NCBI RefSeq assembly: GCF_048593235.1
Contig: NC_133621.1
Location: 254,252,238 to 254,285,237 of the forward strand
DNA from: Sminthopsis crassicaudata
Lineage: Eukaryota
Length of the DNA stretch: 33,000 bases
Direction: 5' to 3'
Of this stretch, positions 22,755 to 33,000 are shown in pieces. Position 1 is the stretch's first letter, and each line of letters begins with the position of its first letter. The position numbers were made by a program, and so were the translations under genes. The notes below the pieces were generated by a model that saw nothing but the letters and a program-made list of their open reading frames with translations, was not told the DNA's origin and did no database searches.

Positions 22755-22757
22755 CAG
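22755..22757 (-). other. Candidate 3-nt microexon (CTG)
   Basis: Minus strand ggta-T12-acttag|CTG|gtgagtat; motif evidence only. Confidence 0.35.
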
Positions 22758-23241
22758 CTAAGTAAAAAAAAAAAATACCAAATTGCAAAATCTGTATGGG
22801 ATGCAGAATAGGTTGATTTATGCAACTTAGTTATGCTCCATAATAACATACTTCACCTTGTGTTAACCAGTACTTTTATAATACCTTTCTTGAAAGGCTA
22901 TAATTACTTGGAGATAATACTTAGTAATTGATCAAATATTAACTAAATTTAAAATAAGAAATATATAGACATATGTAATTTGAATCTATATTAATATGCA
23001 CACACATATATGAACCTCAAATGTCTGTATAATGTACATAAAATATATGCATGTATGTGTATGTGCATATATATTTCCCATTTACAATATTCCCTTGGGG
23101 ATGGGTGGAGGAATGGAACCTTACAGCTATAGATATACTTTTAAATAAAAAAACAAATTATACAAGGAAAATGGCATTTTGAAATTATTATTAAAAATGT
23201 TTTCTTCAGCTAACATCTTTAAATGATGTTTTTCTTTTTAG

Positions 23242-23302
23242 TAAAGTGCAACACTGAAGAAAGGATAAAGAACAAGAGATCTCAGGATTTGTAAAGTGAA
23301 CA
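23242..23302 (+). other. Candidate 61-nt exon with stops in all three frames (poison, UTR or non-coding)
   Basis: tttttctttttag|TAAAGTG...GTGAACA|gtaagtac. Confidence 0.3.
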
Positions 23303-25359
23303 GTAAGTACTTTAATAGAAAAATAATGATGTATCACTGCCATAAAGTTCATCTCTTATATACACACTTCTATTAGACATATGCATTCCCCTTCCCTTTA
23401 CCAAGATGAGAAGTTGATAATGTAAGCAATCACAGCCTTCTCTTAAAACTCAATTTCATTTTACTGGAGTGGATTGTGAATCATTTATCCCATAATCTTC
23501 TTAGATCAGAAGACAAGATAATCCTTGTGATATATCTTTATGGCACTGAATACTGAAAACTTTAATAATGAATTCAGAATTGTCTTTTTAAAAAAATTCA
23601 TTATTTTGAATGTTAGAAATTCTGGCAGAAACAAAGTTATTAAATTTGGTCATCTCGATCTTAGTGAAAATGAATTGGGTTTTTTTTCCCTCATTCATAC
23701 CATAAAAACACATTCAGTATAAATTGAATTTGTGGTTTTCTTATCTCTTTGTAATAATCTAAATGAAAAAAAAAAAGGGATAGAGTTAACTATATGCATC
23801 AGCCTCATATCTGTTGCTTGATTAGTCCTTGATTTCTGCTACTTTAAATTAAATTTAATTGATTAACATATCTATGAAATCAGATGACAACCATCTTTCA
23901 TAATTCCTTATTTAGTAATCATGTAGTAGAAATAATTTACATCTTTTTCAGTTGAATTATAAAGAATACATAGATTCAGATTCAGTCATCTACATTCTGA
24001 AGATGTATCTGTTGTAAATAAAATGGCAGATGGCCAATGCAAATTCCATAATGCTGAGTCTTATTGAATCATTTTTTTCATATCATTGATAATTTAAAAT
24101 TTTGTCATGTGTCTACAAATGCAATTCTTGAAAAATTGTGACCAACATCTTTTAAACACAAAGAACGTGGTATTGTAGAGTGGATCATCACAGAAGGATA
24201 TACTGGAATTTTAAGATGAGATTAAAGAATTCAATTGAAAGAAAAGTCTGTGAGACTGATACAAAGGAAGCTTCATTCCTTTTTGTAGACCTCTATTAAA
24301 TAAGTTCACAAAATGAAATTTCTTTATCCCAGAAAACCTCTATTCACCAAACCAACATGAAGCTATAAGTTATTATAAGTTAATATGATTGACAGCAGCT
24401 TATTCATTGAATTGTGGATCAGTCCTTATCTTTGTTGTTGCAAATGATTATTCATTTTCCATGCTCTCAATTTAATACTGGGGTAAATGTAAAAAGGTAG
24501 GGTTAAAGAACTTTTCTGTGTTACCCATGTGAAATAATGTTCTTGTCTAGTTTGGCAATATATTAAGAGTTTTTTTTTTTTTTTTCATTTACCCTATCTG
24601 AATCCATAAATAAGGCTTAACCTTTTTTACTTTTTTTTGGCCTCTTCATTTTTTTTTACCCTCTTCCACTTAATAAATGAGAATTTAAGGAATTGTTTTA
24701 AAACATAATTGCTAAACTCAAGTTTTAAACTAAGGAATTAGAAAATTTTAAGTGCAAGTTTCAATGTCCCAGCTGTACTTTGAAAAGGAATGTGGACAAA
24801 TTTTTATTTTTAAAGGATCTGATTGAGCATATATTGGCCTTTTCCACAAAATGTTTGGCATCAATAGTTGAAAAACTTAAGAACTTTTTTTACATTTTAT
24901 ATTTCTATATAAGGGCAAAAAAAAATTTGTTTTTTAAGTGTGCCAAAAAGGTCTTAATTAGATTAGATTGTAAAGTCTAAGTAAGTAAAGATCTATTTCT
25001 TTTCTAGTTGTTTAGTCATCTTACTCTTGTGAGTGAATCAAATTTTAGTATCTATTTGCTATTATATCTTTGATATCATAACTAAGCAAATAACTTGCCA
25101 GCAGCTAGATTGATAAATTCTTTCTTTGTTGAGTTTATTAATTTCTTAGGAATCTTTTCAAGTACATTAGTATGACTATAAGCATAAATTACTTTTTAAT
25201 GAACTGAGGTTGGGTGTTATTCCAAAAAATTATGTGTTGGATTAGGTTTCCTCTAAGATATTCATTATTCTGAGATTCTATGAAAATTATAATTTTATGT
25301 CATCTTATGTATTTGAAATAATCTCTTCTCAGTTCCAAGTTTGTGTTTACTAGAATCCT

Positions 25360-25482
25360 TCAATGGAATTTTAGAGCTAGAAGGAACATACAGATTATCT
25401 AATCCAACTTCCTCATTTTACACATGAGGTAACTGAGACACAGGGAGATTAACTGGAATGTGTCAAGTTGCACAATTAGCAA
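25360..25482 (-). mobile_element. MIR fragment
   Basis: ttttagagctagaaggaac...cctcattttacacatgaggtaactgagacacaggga. Confidence 0.75.
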
Positions 25483-26149
25483 ACAACCTTTACTATACAC
25501 AAAGTTTTCTTTTAATAGAATCATCAAAATCAGTTTGGCTCATTGGGGGGAAAAATAGTATGGGACTTCTAATCCAAAGGAATAATCACAAAATCAGATT
25601 CTGCATTTTATTAACCAGGCAATTACAGCCAATTAATCTAGTCAAGTCATAAGTCAAATAGATAAACTATTTATACTCAAAGTTGTAACTTACATGGAGC
25701 AAATGGAACTTGACTTAAAATTACAACAGATTCTAGTAATAAATATCTCAGAGGCTACCTAATCTAATACCCAAGGTCCAAAGAACATAACTTGCTAAGT
25801 TACATGAGTAACTTGTAATTTGGGTAATTTAACTTGCTCAAGTCACAAACATTAATCCATATTTTACCAAGAACCCTTTCCAAAACAAATATGTCATCAT
25901 TATCATCATCATTAACATTTACATAGAACTTTACATGTATTTCACATGTTCCCAGTAGTTGGGACTACATGACAACTAAAACAATGTTTGTATATGAAAG
26001 TTATTTAGATGTCTGTGTGTGGTGATATTGTGATATTTAAGTAATTATCAATAAATTGGGGCCTTGTCCAAGAAGAAGAAGAAAAAAAGAATCTTACATG
26101 TATTATTTTATTTGAATTCCCCTATAAATTTGAGGAAGATTTTGTTATA

Positions 26150-26215
26150 TAATAATCAGAACTGAACACAGTACTTCAGATGGGCTCTGATCATTGATAA
26201 ATTGACTAAAACTAA
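26150..26215 (-). mobile_element. Short L3/CR1 fragment
   Basis: cagaactgaacacagtacttcagatgggctctga resembles a conserved antisense CR1 RT-region motif. Confidence 0.55.
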
Positions 26216-26409
26216 ATACAGTTGTATTATTGCCTTCCTCATTATGAACACTATCCTGAAATTGATGCAGAGAAAAATGAAGATTGTGTTATCTTTTATG
26301 AGTATCATAATTTATATTTGATACAAATTAAACTTCTATTTTACTTTGAAAAACTCCATGTTTTGTTTCTTATTAACTCTAGTCTAACCACACCTTCTCC
26401 ATTTCATTA

Positions 26410-26620
26410 GCAGCTAGCTCAGTGCTTAGATGCTTTAAGTCAGAAAGTCTTGGGTTCAAATCTTTCTAAATCATTTGTTAATTCTATAGTCCTGAGGAAT
26501 TCACTTAACCTTCAGGGTTTCAGTCTGCATCTGAAAGATGGAGTTATTAATAATAGCAGTCACCTTACAGAGTTGTTCTGAAGATAAAATATGATAATAT
26601 TTTTATTAGTCTTAAAGAAT
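26410..26620 (+). mobile_element. MIR SINE
   Basis: agtcagaaagtcttgggttcaaatc...ttcacttaaccttcagggtttcagtctgcatctgaaagatgg...ccttacagagttgttctgaagataaaat. Confidence 0.72.
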
Positions 26621-26779
26621 TTATAGGACCTTATAAAGAAACTGATAAAGTCTTAAAGAACAATACAGTTACTATTTATTATTCTCATTCTTATCTTTGC
26701 ATACTTTTTCCTCCAATATTGGACCTTTTGCAAGTTCTTGTTACTAAGTTAAACCCTACTTATTCTTTTTTTGCTCTAA

Positions 26780-26920
26780 ATGCTTTTAAATAGTTTAACA
26801 TGCATTATCTTTACAACAACCCTTTGAAGTAGACAGGGAAGATATTTTTATAGCCATGTTACAGATTATAAAGAAGAAATAACAATATTTAAGTGATTTG
26901 ATCAAGGTCACATAAAACAT
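26780..26920 (-). mobile_element. MIR fragment
   Basis: ctttacaacaaccctttgaagtag...ttaagtgatttgatcaaggtcaca. Confidence 0.6.
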
Positions 26921-27569
26921 TAATGAAAAAGATAGAGAGATGGGATGGGGGGAGAGCAGGAGAAAGAAACAGACATAGGCAGAGAACATGAATATTAAGT
27001 GCTAGCAGTGTGCTAAGCACTTAGGATACAGATATAAACAAAAAATAAAAAGAGTTGAGATTGGAATCCAACTCCTAATTGCAAATCCCATTCTAAAAGA
27101 CTATATGACTATTTTAATCTAACTAACCTCTCTCAAGAAAATAACCTTTGAAATTGGGAAACGACTTGCCTAATTATTCTACATAATAATTTATTCATGT
27201 TTTTATATAATTTTAGTGCCCCTTTGAGGTAGACAATTTACTGAAATCATTGGTATTAAAATTATTACCATGTCAAAGTATATTAAGTTAAATACTAAAA
27301 TGATGGATGTTACTTAGGTATGTAAATAATTCTTATTTCAATCCAGGGAACACATTCATTTGTAAGCACTGAGTCATAAGTCTAATCGTTGATTTTTAGA
27401 AATACCTTTACATAGCTTCCCTAAATTTACCTTGAGTTATAACCATTTTTTAAATAGTCATTTAGACTTCTCGTTTTCTGTCTGTTTGATTTTTTCTTTT
27501 TTCTTTCCTTTTTTTGTTCAATGGGGTAAGAACAAATGAATTTGAAAATGTGTTACTTAAAAAAAAAAA

Positions 27570-27685
27570 ATTCAAATCCAGCCTTTGTGTCTATATGTGT
27601 GACCACAAGTCATTATAAGCCTTAGTTTTTTTTCATGTATACAATAAGAGTAATATCCCTTGTGTTAACTTGAAGATTATATAGA
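27570..27685 (+). mobile_element. MIR fragment
   Basis: ttcaaatccagcc...tgtgtgaccacaagtcatt...ccttagttttttttcatgtatacaataagag. Confidence 0.5.
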
Positions 27686-28139
27686 AATGGCAGCAAGGTT
27701 GTTATTCACAAAGTATCCTTCCTTTTTGTTCAGATAGGGAACTAGAATAAAGATGATTCAGGTGTCTTCATCTTAGTCTACAAAGTCTTTGATAACCTTA
27801 ATCAACTCCATCTGTCCTATTAATGAAGGATGTTGTGTTTATTAAGATCTCTTAAGGCAGCTAACTTGGTGTTTCTAAACAAAAGGGGAAGGGAAAGTTA
27901 ATATTTTTATAGGTTTAGTGTTCTGAGGATAGGTACAAATTATATAGGAAAATCATTAATGAACTTCCTTCTCAAAAATGAAACTAGGGTATGGATGGAG
28001 GCAAAATGAAAATTCAAGGTGTATGTGTAAGAGAGAGGGAGAAGGGAGAAGAGAAGAGAGGAGAGAAATTCCAAATAAGTAGAATAAATCAATTTGAAGA
28101 TATCTTGTGAAAAATGTTATGTGAGCACTATAATATACT

Positions 28140-28365
28140 GTCATGGACAAAAGTGAGGAAGAAAGTAAAGATTGGAAAAAAAATGGAAGCAAATATACCT
28201 AATAAAACTTTTGTAGTTTAGGAAAGTGGTCTATTTAGAGAGCAAGAAAAAATGCTTCAATGTTTCAGATGACTACAGCTGTAATCACTGGTTATTTTGA
28301 AGGGGTGCTGCTATTGTTACTGCTTTTATAGTTTTTTGGGGGAAGAGAAGATATATTTTTGTAAG
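28140..28365 (-). mobile_element. Degenerate L2 internal fragment
   Basis: gatgactacagctgtaatcactgg...ttttttgggggaagagaagat resembles antisense L2. Confidence 0.4.
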
Positions 28366-28469
28366 AGGAAATAAGCATTGCTTATATGAGGGATTGATGC
28401 AGAGGGACTAGGGAAAAGATTTTTATCCCTGAAAAATAAGTGTACTTAAAGCAACAACAATCAACAACA

Positions 28470-28685
28470 AAAATGATCATAGCAACAATTTTAAGGTTGT
28501 TAAAGCATATCACATGTTTATCTCTTTTGATCTTCAAACAACCCTTTGATGTAAATTCTATCATTATCTCCAATGTTTTTCTAAGACAACTGGCTGAAAG
28601 AGAGAGTACCTGATTTGCCCAGGGTCACACAACTAGTGACTGCCTGAGGCAGAATTTGAATTCTAATCTTCCCTATTCCAGGTAT
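28470..28685 (-). mobile_element. MIR SINE
   Basis: atctcttttgatcttcaaacaaccct...gatttgcccagggtcacacaactagtgactgcctgaggcagaatttgaattc. Confidence 0.8.
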
Positions 28686-29409
28686 GTTAAACATTATTAT
28701 TGAAACCTAACACAAAATATATAAATCAGAGTACTCTATGTTTATGTTAGAAATTGTACTCTTTCCTTTAAACCTCTGCTAGTAAACATGTGCTGATTCC
28801 TAATCAAAGCAGCCAGCAGAAAGAACGAAGAAAATTGGGAAGTGGGAACAATACTCACATTTGATAATGAACTTATAAAGGAACACAAAGATGGAAGGTC
28901 AGGATCTGGAACCTATAACAGCTCAGGAGTCAATAAATAGATTTGCAGGTTCTAACATCATCTATAATTGATATTGCCATCTTTGAAGAACAATGAAATA
29001 TGGAATTCAATTGTGATCAGGTTGCTTGGTATGACAAAGATATGCAAAAGATTAGTAAGCAAAAGGTTCATCTTTTTCTTAGCTTGTTTTTGCTCCTTGG
29101 ATACTACTAAAACATAGCAGAGTGACTTAAGCAGATGGATTTGTTTAGCATGATCATCATTTGTCATGTGATTCATGATGTCATGATCCATAATCATACA
29201 ACTCATGAGAAGATTTTTATCTAATTCTTCTCTGACCTGTTGGCTAATCTACCAAGTCCTACTAACCTCATCCAATGTTTTTTTCAGTTGCAGTAGTGAG
29301 GAAATTTCATAGTGTGGTCATGCTTTTGGTTATATAAAACCAGAGAAAGACAATTCTGATAGTGTCCTATTGATTCAGATGTTGGGTTTTTTTTTTTCTT
29401 TTTTGACAG

Positions 29410-29545
29410 GAGCTGCATAGCAGGTTTATCTTCATTGACTTTTCAATGTTCTGTTACAAATAACTTGCATGTACAATTTGATATTGAATGGTGCAGAAGG
29501 CTTCCCACTGTGCATGAAGTTAGAGCAGTCTTGAGCCATGGGGTG
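29410..29545 (+). other. Candidate 136-nt exon, open in one frame
   Basis: T-rich tract-gacag|GAGCTG...GGGGTG|gtgagt; frame xSCIAGLSSLTFQCSVTNNLHVQFDIEWCRRLPTVHEVRAVLSHGV; no homologue recognised. Confidence 0.35.
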
Positions 29546-30094
29546 GTGAGTGTTTATTATTCTGAAAACCATCCAGGTATCTTGGGCAGTCTTCACAGAA
29601 AGGGCTGGAATTTTTTGTTTTGTTCTATTTTGTTTTCTGGCAGCTCTTATTTTCTTTGAAGCATTCTAGCATACATTTCATTATTTAAAGATTTAAATTT
29701 CATTCAGAGAAGTTCTTGTCTGTAAGAAACTTGAAATGTGATGTCTGATTTTAAAAAATACAAAATAGAAAGTACTTTGAATGCAGACTTTGTATTTAAT
29801 AATTCAAGATGTTACATATAGAATGCCCCTTCACACACATGTACACACTCAGAGAGAGACACCCAAGGAGTAAGTATGTCATGGATTAGATCTGACACAA
29901 AAAACCAAGGTCTGAAAAGAGATTCTCTTTCTCACTTTATCCTTGCTCTCTCTAGAAGTTACTCCAGGAAAATCTTCAAAATATCTCCTATCATCTCTTT
30001 CTGCCTATCACATACCATCTTTTAAATGTCTATCATCTAGCTAGTCAGCCATCTAGTTATTCAAGAAGGTGGATTTTTAAGCCTCAAAGAATGC

Positions 30095-30490
30095 TTCATT
30101 TTAACCAAACAAATATTTATGAAATACCTACTTTATGAGAGCCAGTGTCCATGCTAGGCATTGCATATATAAAAGCAATAAAATAATATCACTGGACCTT
30201 TCATCTTACCGGGATGCAATACGCACTTAGATAAATGCAAAATAGACAATTCAGGCTACTGTCATGAGGAAGATAGCCAGAACAACTGAGGGAAATCAGA
30301 AAATCCCTTGTATTGAAAGATGATTTGTGAGCTGTATGTTGAAGGAAATCGGGCATTCTAAGAAGGTGAAGAGGAAATGTCTTCCAGCAAGGGGGGGATG
30401 CTCCATAGAAAGGCTGAGGATAAAATAGCATGTAGAGAGAACAGTAAACAAGTCAGTTTGACTGGAATGGAGAGTACAAGGAAAATTATG
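30095..30490 (-). mobile_element. L2 3' region
   Basis: caaacaaatatttatgaaatacctact...tgctaggcattgc...gggaaatcagaaaatccctt...gagctgtatgttgaagga...cagtttgactggaatggagagt. Confidence 0.75.
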
Positions 30491-31288
30491 AGAAAAAAAA
30501 AGGTTTTCTCAATATATTTTCAAATCAGATGATAATTTTCCTGGAAGGTAGGCTTTCTCAGTGCACAAGACAAGGACGTCTGTATATTTATGTTCATTAT
30601 GTAAAGAATATAGTACTTAAGGGAGATTAGTCTGCCTCTCATACATAAGTTGTATTGAAATAGGAAAGCCCATCCTTTATTATCTGGCAAATAATGATTC
30701 TAGTATTCTTTGTAATTTCCATGCTGTTCACAAATACTTTGGGGGAGCAGAGGGCATGTGATGTCCTTGTAGTATCTGATAATATTGCGCTTATCCATGC
30801 AATATCTGCCTGAAGGAAAAGAGTAATAATGCTTTTGAAACCTAACTTCAGAGCTCCACAAAGCTGTTATTTCCTGCAGGGCGACTTCATTTCCTGTGAT
30901 GACCCACTATCCTGGGATCTCAGCCACAAGGCATCCTTGCCCTTTGCTGTCTTTCTCACCCCTAAAATCTATTCTCAAATCATCTGGTAGTTTTCCTAAA
31001 GCTCTGTCGGATATAGAACTGAAGGCATATGTACATCTGTTTATGTTCACTGCTCACAGGCCTCCAGTGAAGCTGAGGCAACATTGAAATGGGCAATCAG
31101 CTTCAATCTATCCTCTCTGACAATCTGCAGACTTAATGAAACTATTCAGTGGAAGGAAGGGACAATTGAGGAGAAAGAACAGGCATAAAGTTTGGGAGAT
31201 TAAGTGGGAAAATATATACGCAGCATACATATGTACAACATAAAAGCAGAGAAAACTACATCTTTTGCTCTGTTTAGAGATGGAATAA

Positions 31289-31512
31289 GGATTAGGTCTA
31301 TGATTTCATTGGTATAGAGAGCTCCCCACCCTATGAGAAATCCTTTATTGATGCAGATTGATCCCTTCTTGGCAAATTATAATTTTGGAAATTTATCTAG
31401 GACACTGAGAAGCTTAGTGATAGTCCAGGATCACACAGTCATGATCTGTTAGGCAGAACTTAGACTTAGATCTTCCTTGCTCCAAAGCCAACTCTATCCA
31501 CTGTGCTGGCTC
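31289..31512 (-). mobile_element. Marsupial CORE-SINE of WALLSI4/Mar3 type
   Basis: ctatgatttcattggtatagagagctccc...gacactgagaagcttagtga...ggatcacacagtc...ctccaaagccaactctatccactgtg. Confidence 0.62.
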
Positions 31513-31859
31513 ATGCTGGCCACTCATATAGTATAGTCTCTTTTAAAAAAAAGAAAATAGTACGGATAAACCATGTTTCAATGTTTCATCATTAAAAAGA
31601 AGAATTATTTTATGTGTATATCCATGTATATGTTTGCACAGTTGATGTTAAGGAATGATTCAGTTCAGCAAAAGAAAAGAATAAGGAACAAAATCTATTT
31701 CCATGACACCAGAGAAAAGATAGAAAATGTGTTGAAATAAGAGAGGTAATGGAAAATAGATCAATAACAAGGAAGGACTTGGTTGCTTATTTCTAAACAA
31801 AAGAGCTGCTGCTTTACATTTATATCATTAACTTTTCTACACACTAATGTATTGTAGAA

Positions 31860-32025
31860 TAGATTATTAAGTGCTGGATTTGGAATAAGAGGGCTTGAGT
31901 TTGTATCCCATCCCTGTCATTTGTTACTTACATAATACTCCCTGGCTCTCAGATTCCCAATCTATAAAAGAAGTGGGGTTAAAGAAGATACCCTCTGAGG
32001 ACCTCTTCTAGTTCTGGGGTCATAA
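31860..32025 (+). mobile_element. MIR3-like SINE
   Basis: gtgctggatttggaataagagggcttgagttt...ctctcagattcccaatctataaaa...ctctgaggacctcttctagttct. Confidence 0.65.
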
Positions 32026-32560
32026 TATAGTGTTGCTTTTGTTATTGTGTTTTGATTTTTGTTTTAGCCTGTTTTTATTTATAGCATATAGCTTAATATA
32101 AATGATTGATATCCCAAATTTAATTTTTCCCAAAGATGTATCAGGGATTTTCTTGCATTCTGCAAATTATTACATTTAATTACTTGCAGGTAAGACCATA
32201 AAACCTAAATCTCCATAATGGTTTGTTGATACTTAAATGCCTGTGTGTGATGAAGTACATAAGAATAATAAGAGGGAATGGTCCTTTTTCTTCTCTAATC
32301 TTGTCCTCAGATGCTCTATGCTATATTTCCTCCCTTCAAGTTACCCTGGATCCTCTGCCCATCACTTCCCTCTCCCCTCTCACCCATCTTCACTAGCATT
32401 CTGGAGGAGACAGTGCTAGTCTGCTCTTCCATAGTCACTCCAATTAACATGAAGCAACCAGGACAAGCTGCTGAGCCTGGATCAGAGGAGATTTTCTTGT
32501 TCATCTTTAATGTATGCAATTTTTTCTTTGATTGGTGCTTGATTTCAAGCTCAGACATAC

Positions 32561-32660
32561 CTTGCGGGTAGGACAAGTACCAAGCATGTTGATAACACAG
32601 GATAGATTTTTTTTAATGCATATCCCAGTACTAGTAGTGAGCAGGCACTGCAGGGTAGCT
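32561..32660 (-). other. Candidate 100-nt exon on the minus strand
   Basis: Minus strand tttatttttctttcttctttgcctag|AGCTACC...CCGCAAG|gtatgt; open in two frames. Confidence 0.28.
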
Positions 32661-33000
32661 CTAGGCAAAGAAGAAAGAAAAATAAAGTTCTGAAAAGAAA
32701 AAGTAGAAACAAAATCCTGAATATTCAGTACAATACCTTAATACTCTTTCCTAATCTTTTCCCAGCCTCTGGCCAGAATTCTTTTCACTGACTTTCTTTG
32801 GGATTGTCAGGCAAATACATGCTTTCACAATGAGGGAGAAGACATATTTGCTCTCCTACCCCTAATATTTCTCTGGATAGCAAAATCTTTTTTTTTTTTC
32901 TTTTTTGTCATTTTGATCAGAGTTTGTTACTGGAGACTACTTTTTTGCCTGGTAGAAGACAGGAAAGATTTTAAAGAGATTAATAATAGAGCCTTGCCAA

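Noticed and set aside
26608-26660. 12-bp direct repeat AGTCTTAAAGAA twice, as a possible TSD or CRISPR-like unit
   Set aside because: Only two copies at a MIR tail; consistent with a local duplication.
28859-28912. 54-nt minus-strand exon (VPDPDLPSLCSFISSLSN) ending at AAT|GTGAGT
   Set aside because: Weak acceptor and weak exonic donor context; indistinguishable from background.
28949-29054. Pseudogene-like plus-strand exon VLTSSIIDIAIFEEQ*NMEFNCDQVAWYDKDMQKI
   Set aside because: In-frame stop, phase incompatible with the 29410 candidate, and no recognised parent protein.
32311-32571. 86-aa ORF starting at a strong acceptor-like site (gtcctcag|ATG)
   Set aside because: P/S/L-biased translation of a pyrimidine-rich stretch with no homology and only a weak donor.
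1-33000. A prokaryotic-style system (operon, CRISPR array, defence island, prophage)
   Set aside because: No long ORFs, no gene-dense layout and no repeat-spacer periodicity; the content is mammalian SINE, LINE and microsatellite DNA.
1-33000. ORF-track peptides as standalone genes
   Set aside because: They are short, compositionally biased (F/L/I/S-rich), often overlap repeats, microsatellites or N-runs, and show no recognisable domain apart from the L1 ORF2 remnant.

Overview
This is eukaryotic, AT-rich, repeat-dense DNA that looks intronic or intergenic, not a prokaryotic locus. The repeat content points to a marsupial, probably a dasyurid such as Tasmanian devil (inference, recognised from memory without a database). 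It includes a WSINE1/Mar1-type SINE head, a Mar1 SINE, a WALLSI4-type SINE, marsupial-type L1 3' ends, an RTE remnant and many decayed MIR, L2 and L3/CR1 pieces. There are two assembly gaps (7192-7455 and 9307-9477). I cannot identify any protein-coding gene. The ORF track is almost all noise from repeats, microsatellites and N-runs; the exception is 8906-9100, a remnant of the L1 ORF2 C-terminus. I see no tRNA, rRNA, CRISPR array, operon or novel biological system. The best second-look signals are splicing architectures in repeat-free islands: a possible 3-nt microexon on the minus strand (22755-22757), a 31-nt mini-exon next to UGCAUG and a UG tract (5615-5645), several other exon-shaped segments, and a possible recursive splice site. 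There is also a Pbx-Hox plus Meis motif pair and two palindromes. All exon calls rest on motifs only, and pseudo-exons are common in long introns. Repeat family names and boundaries are approximate.
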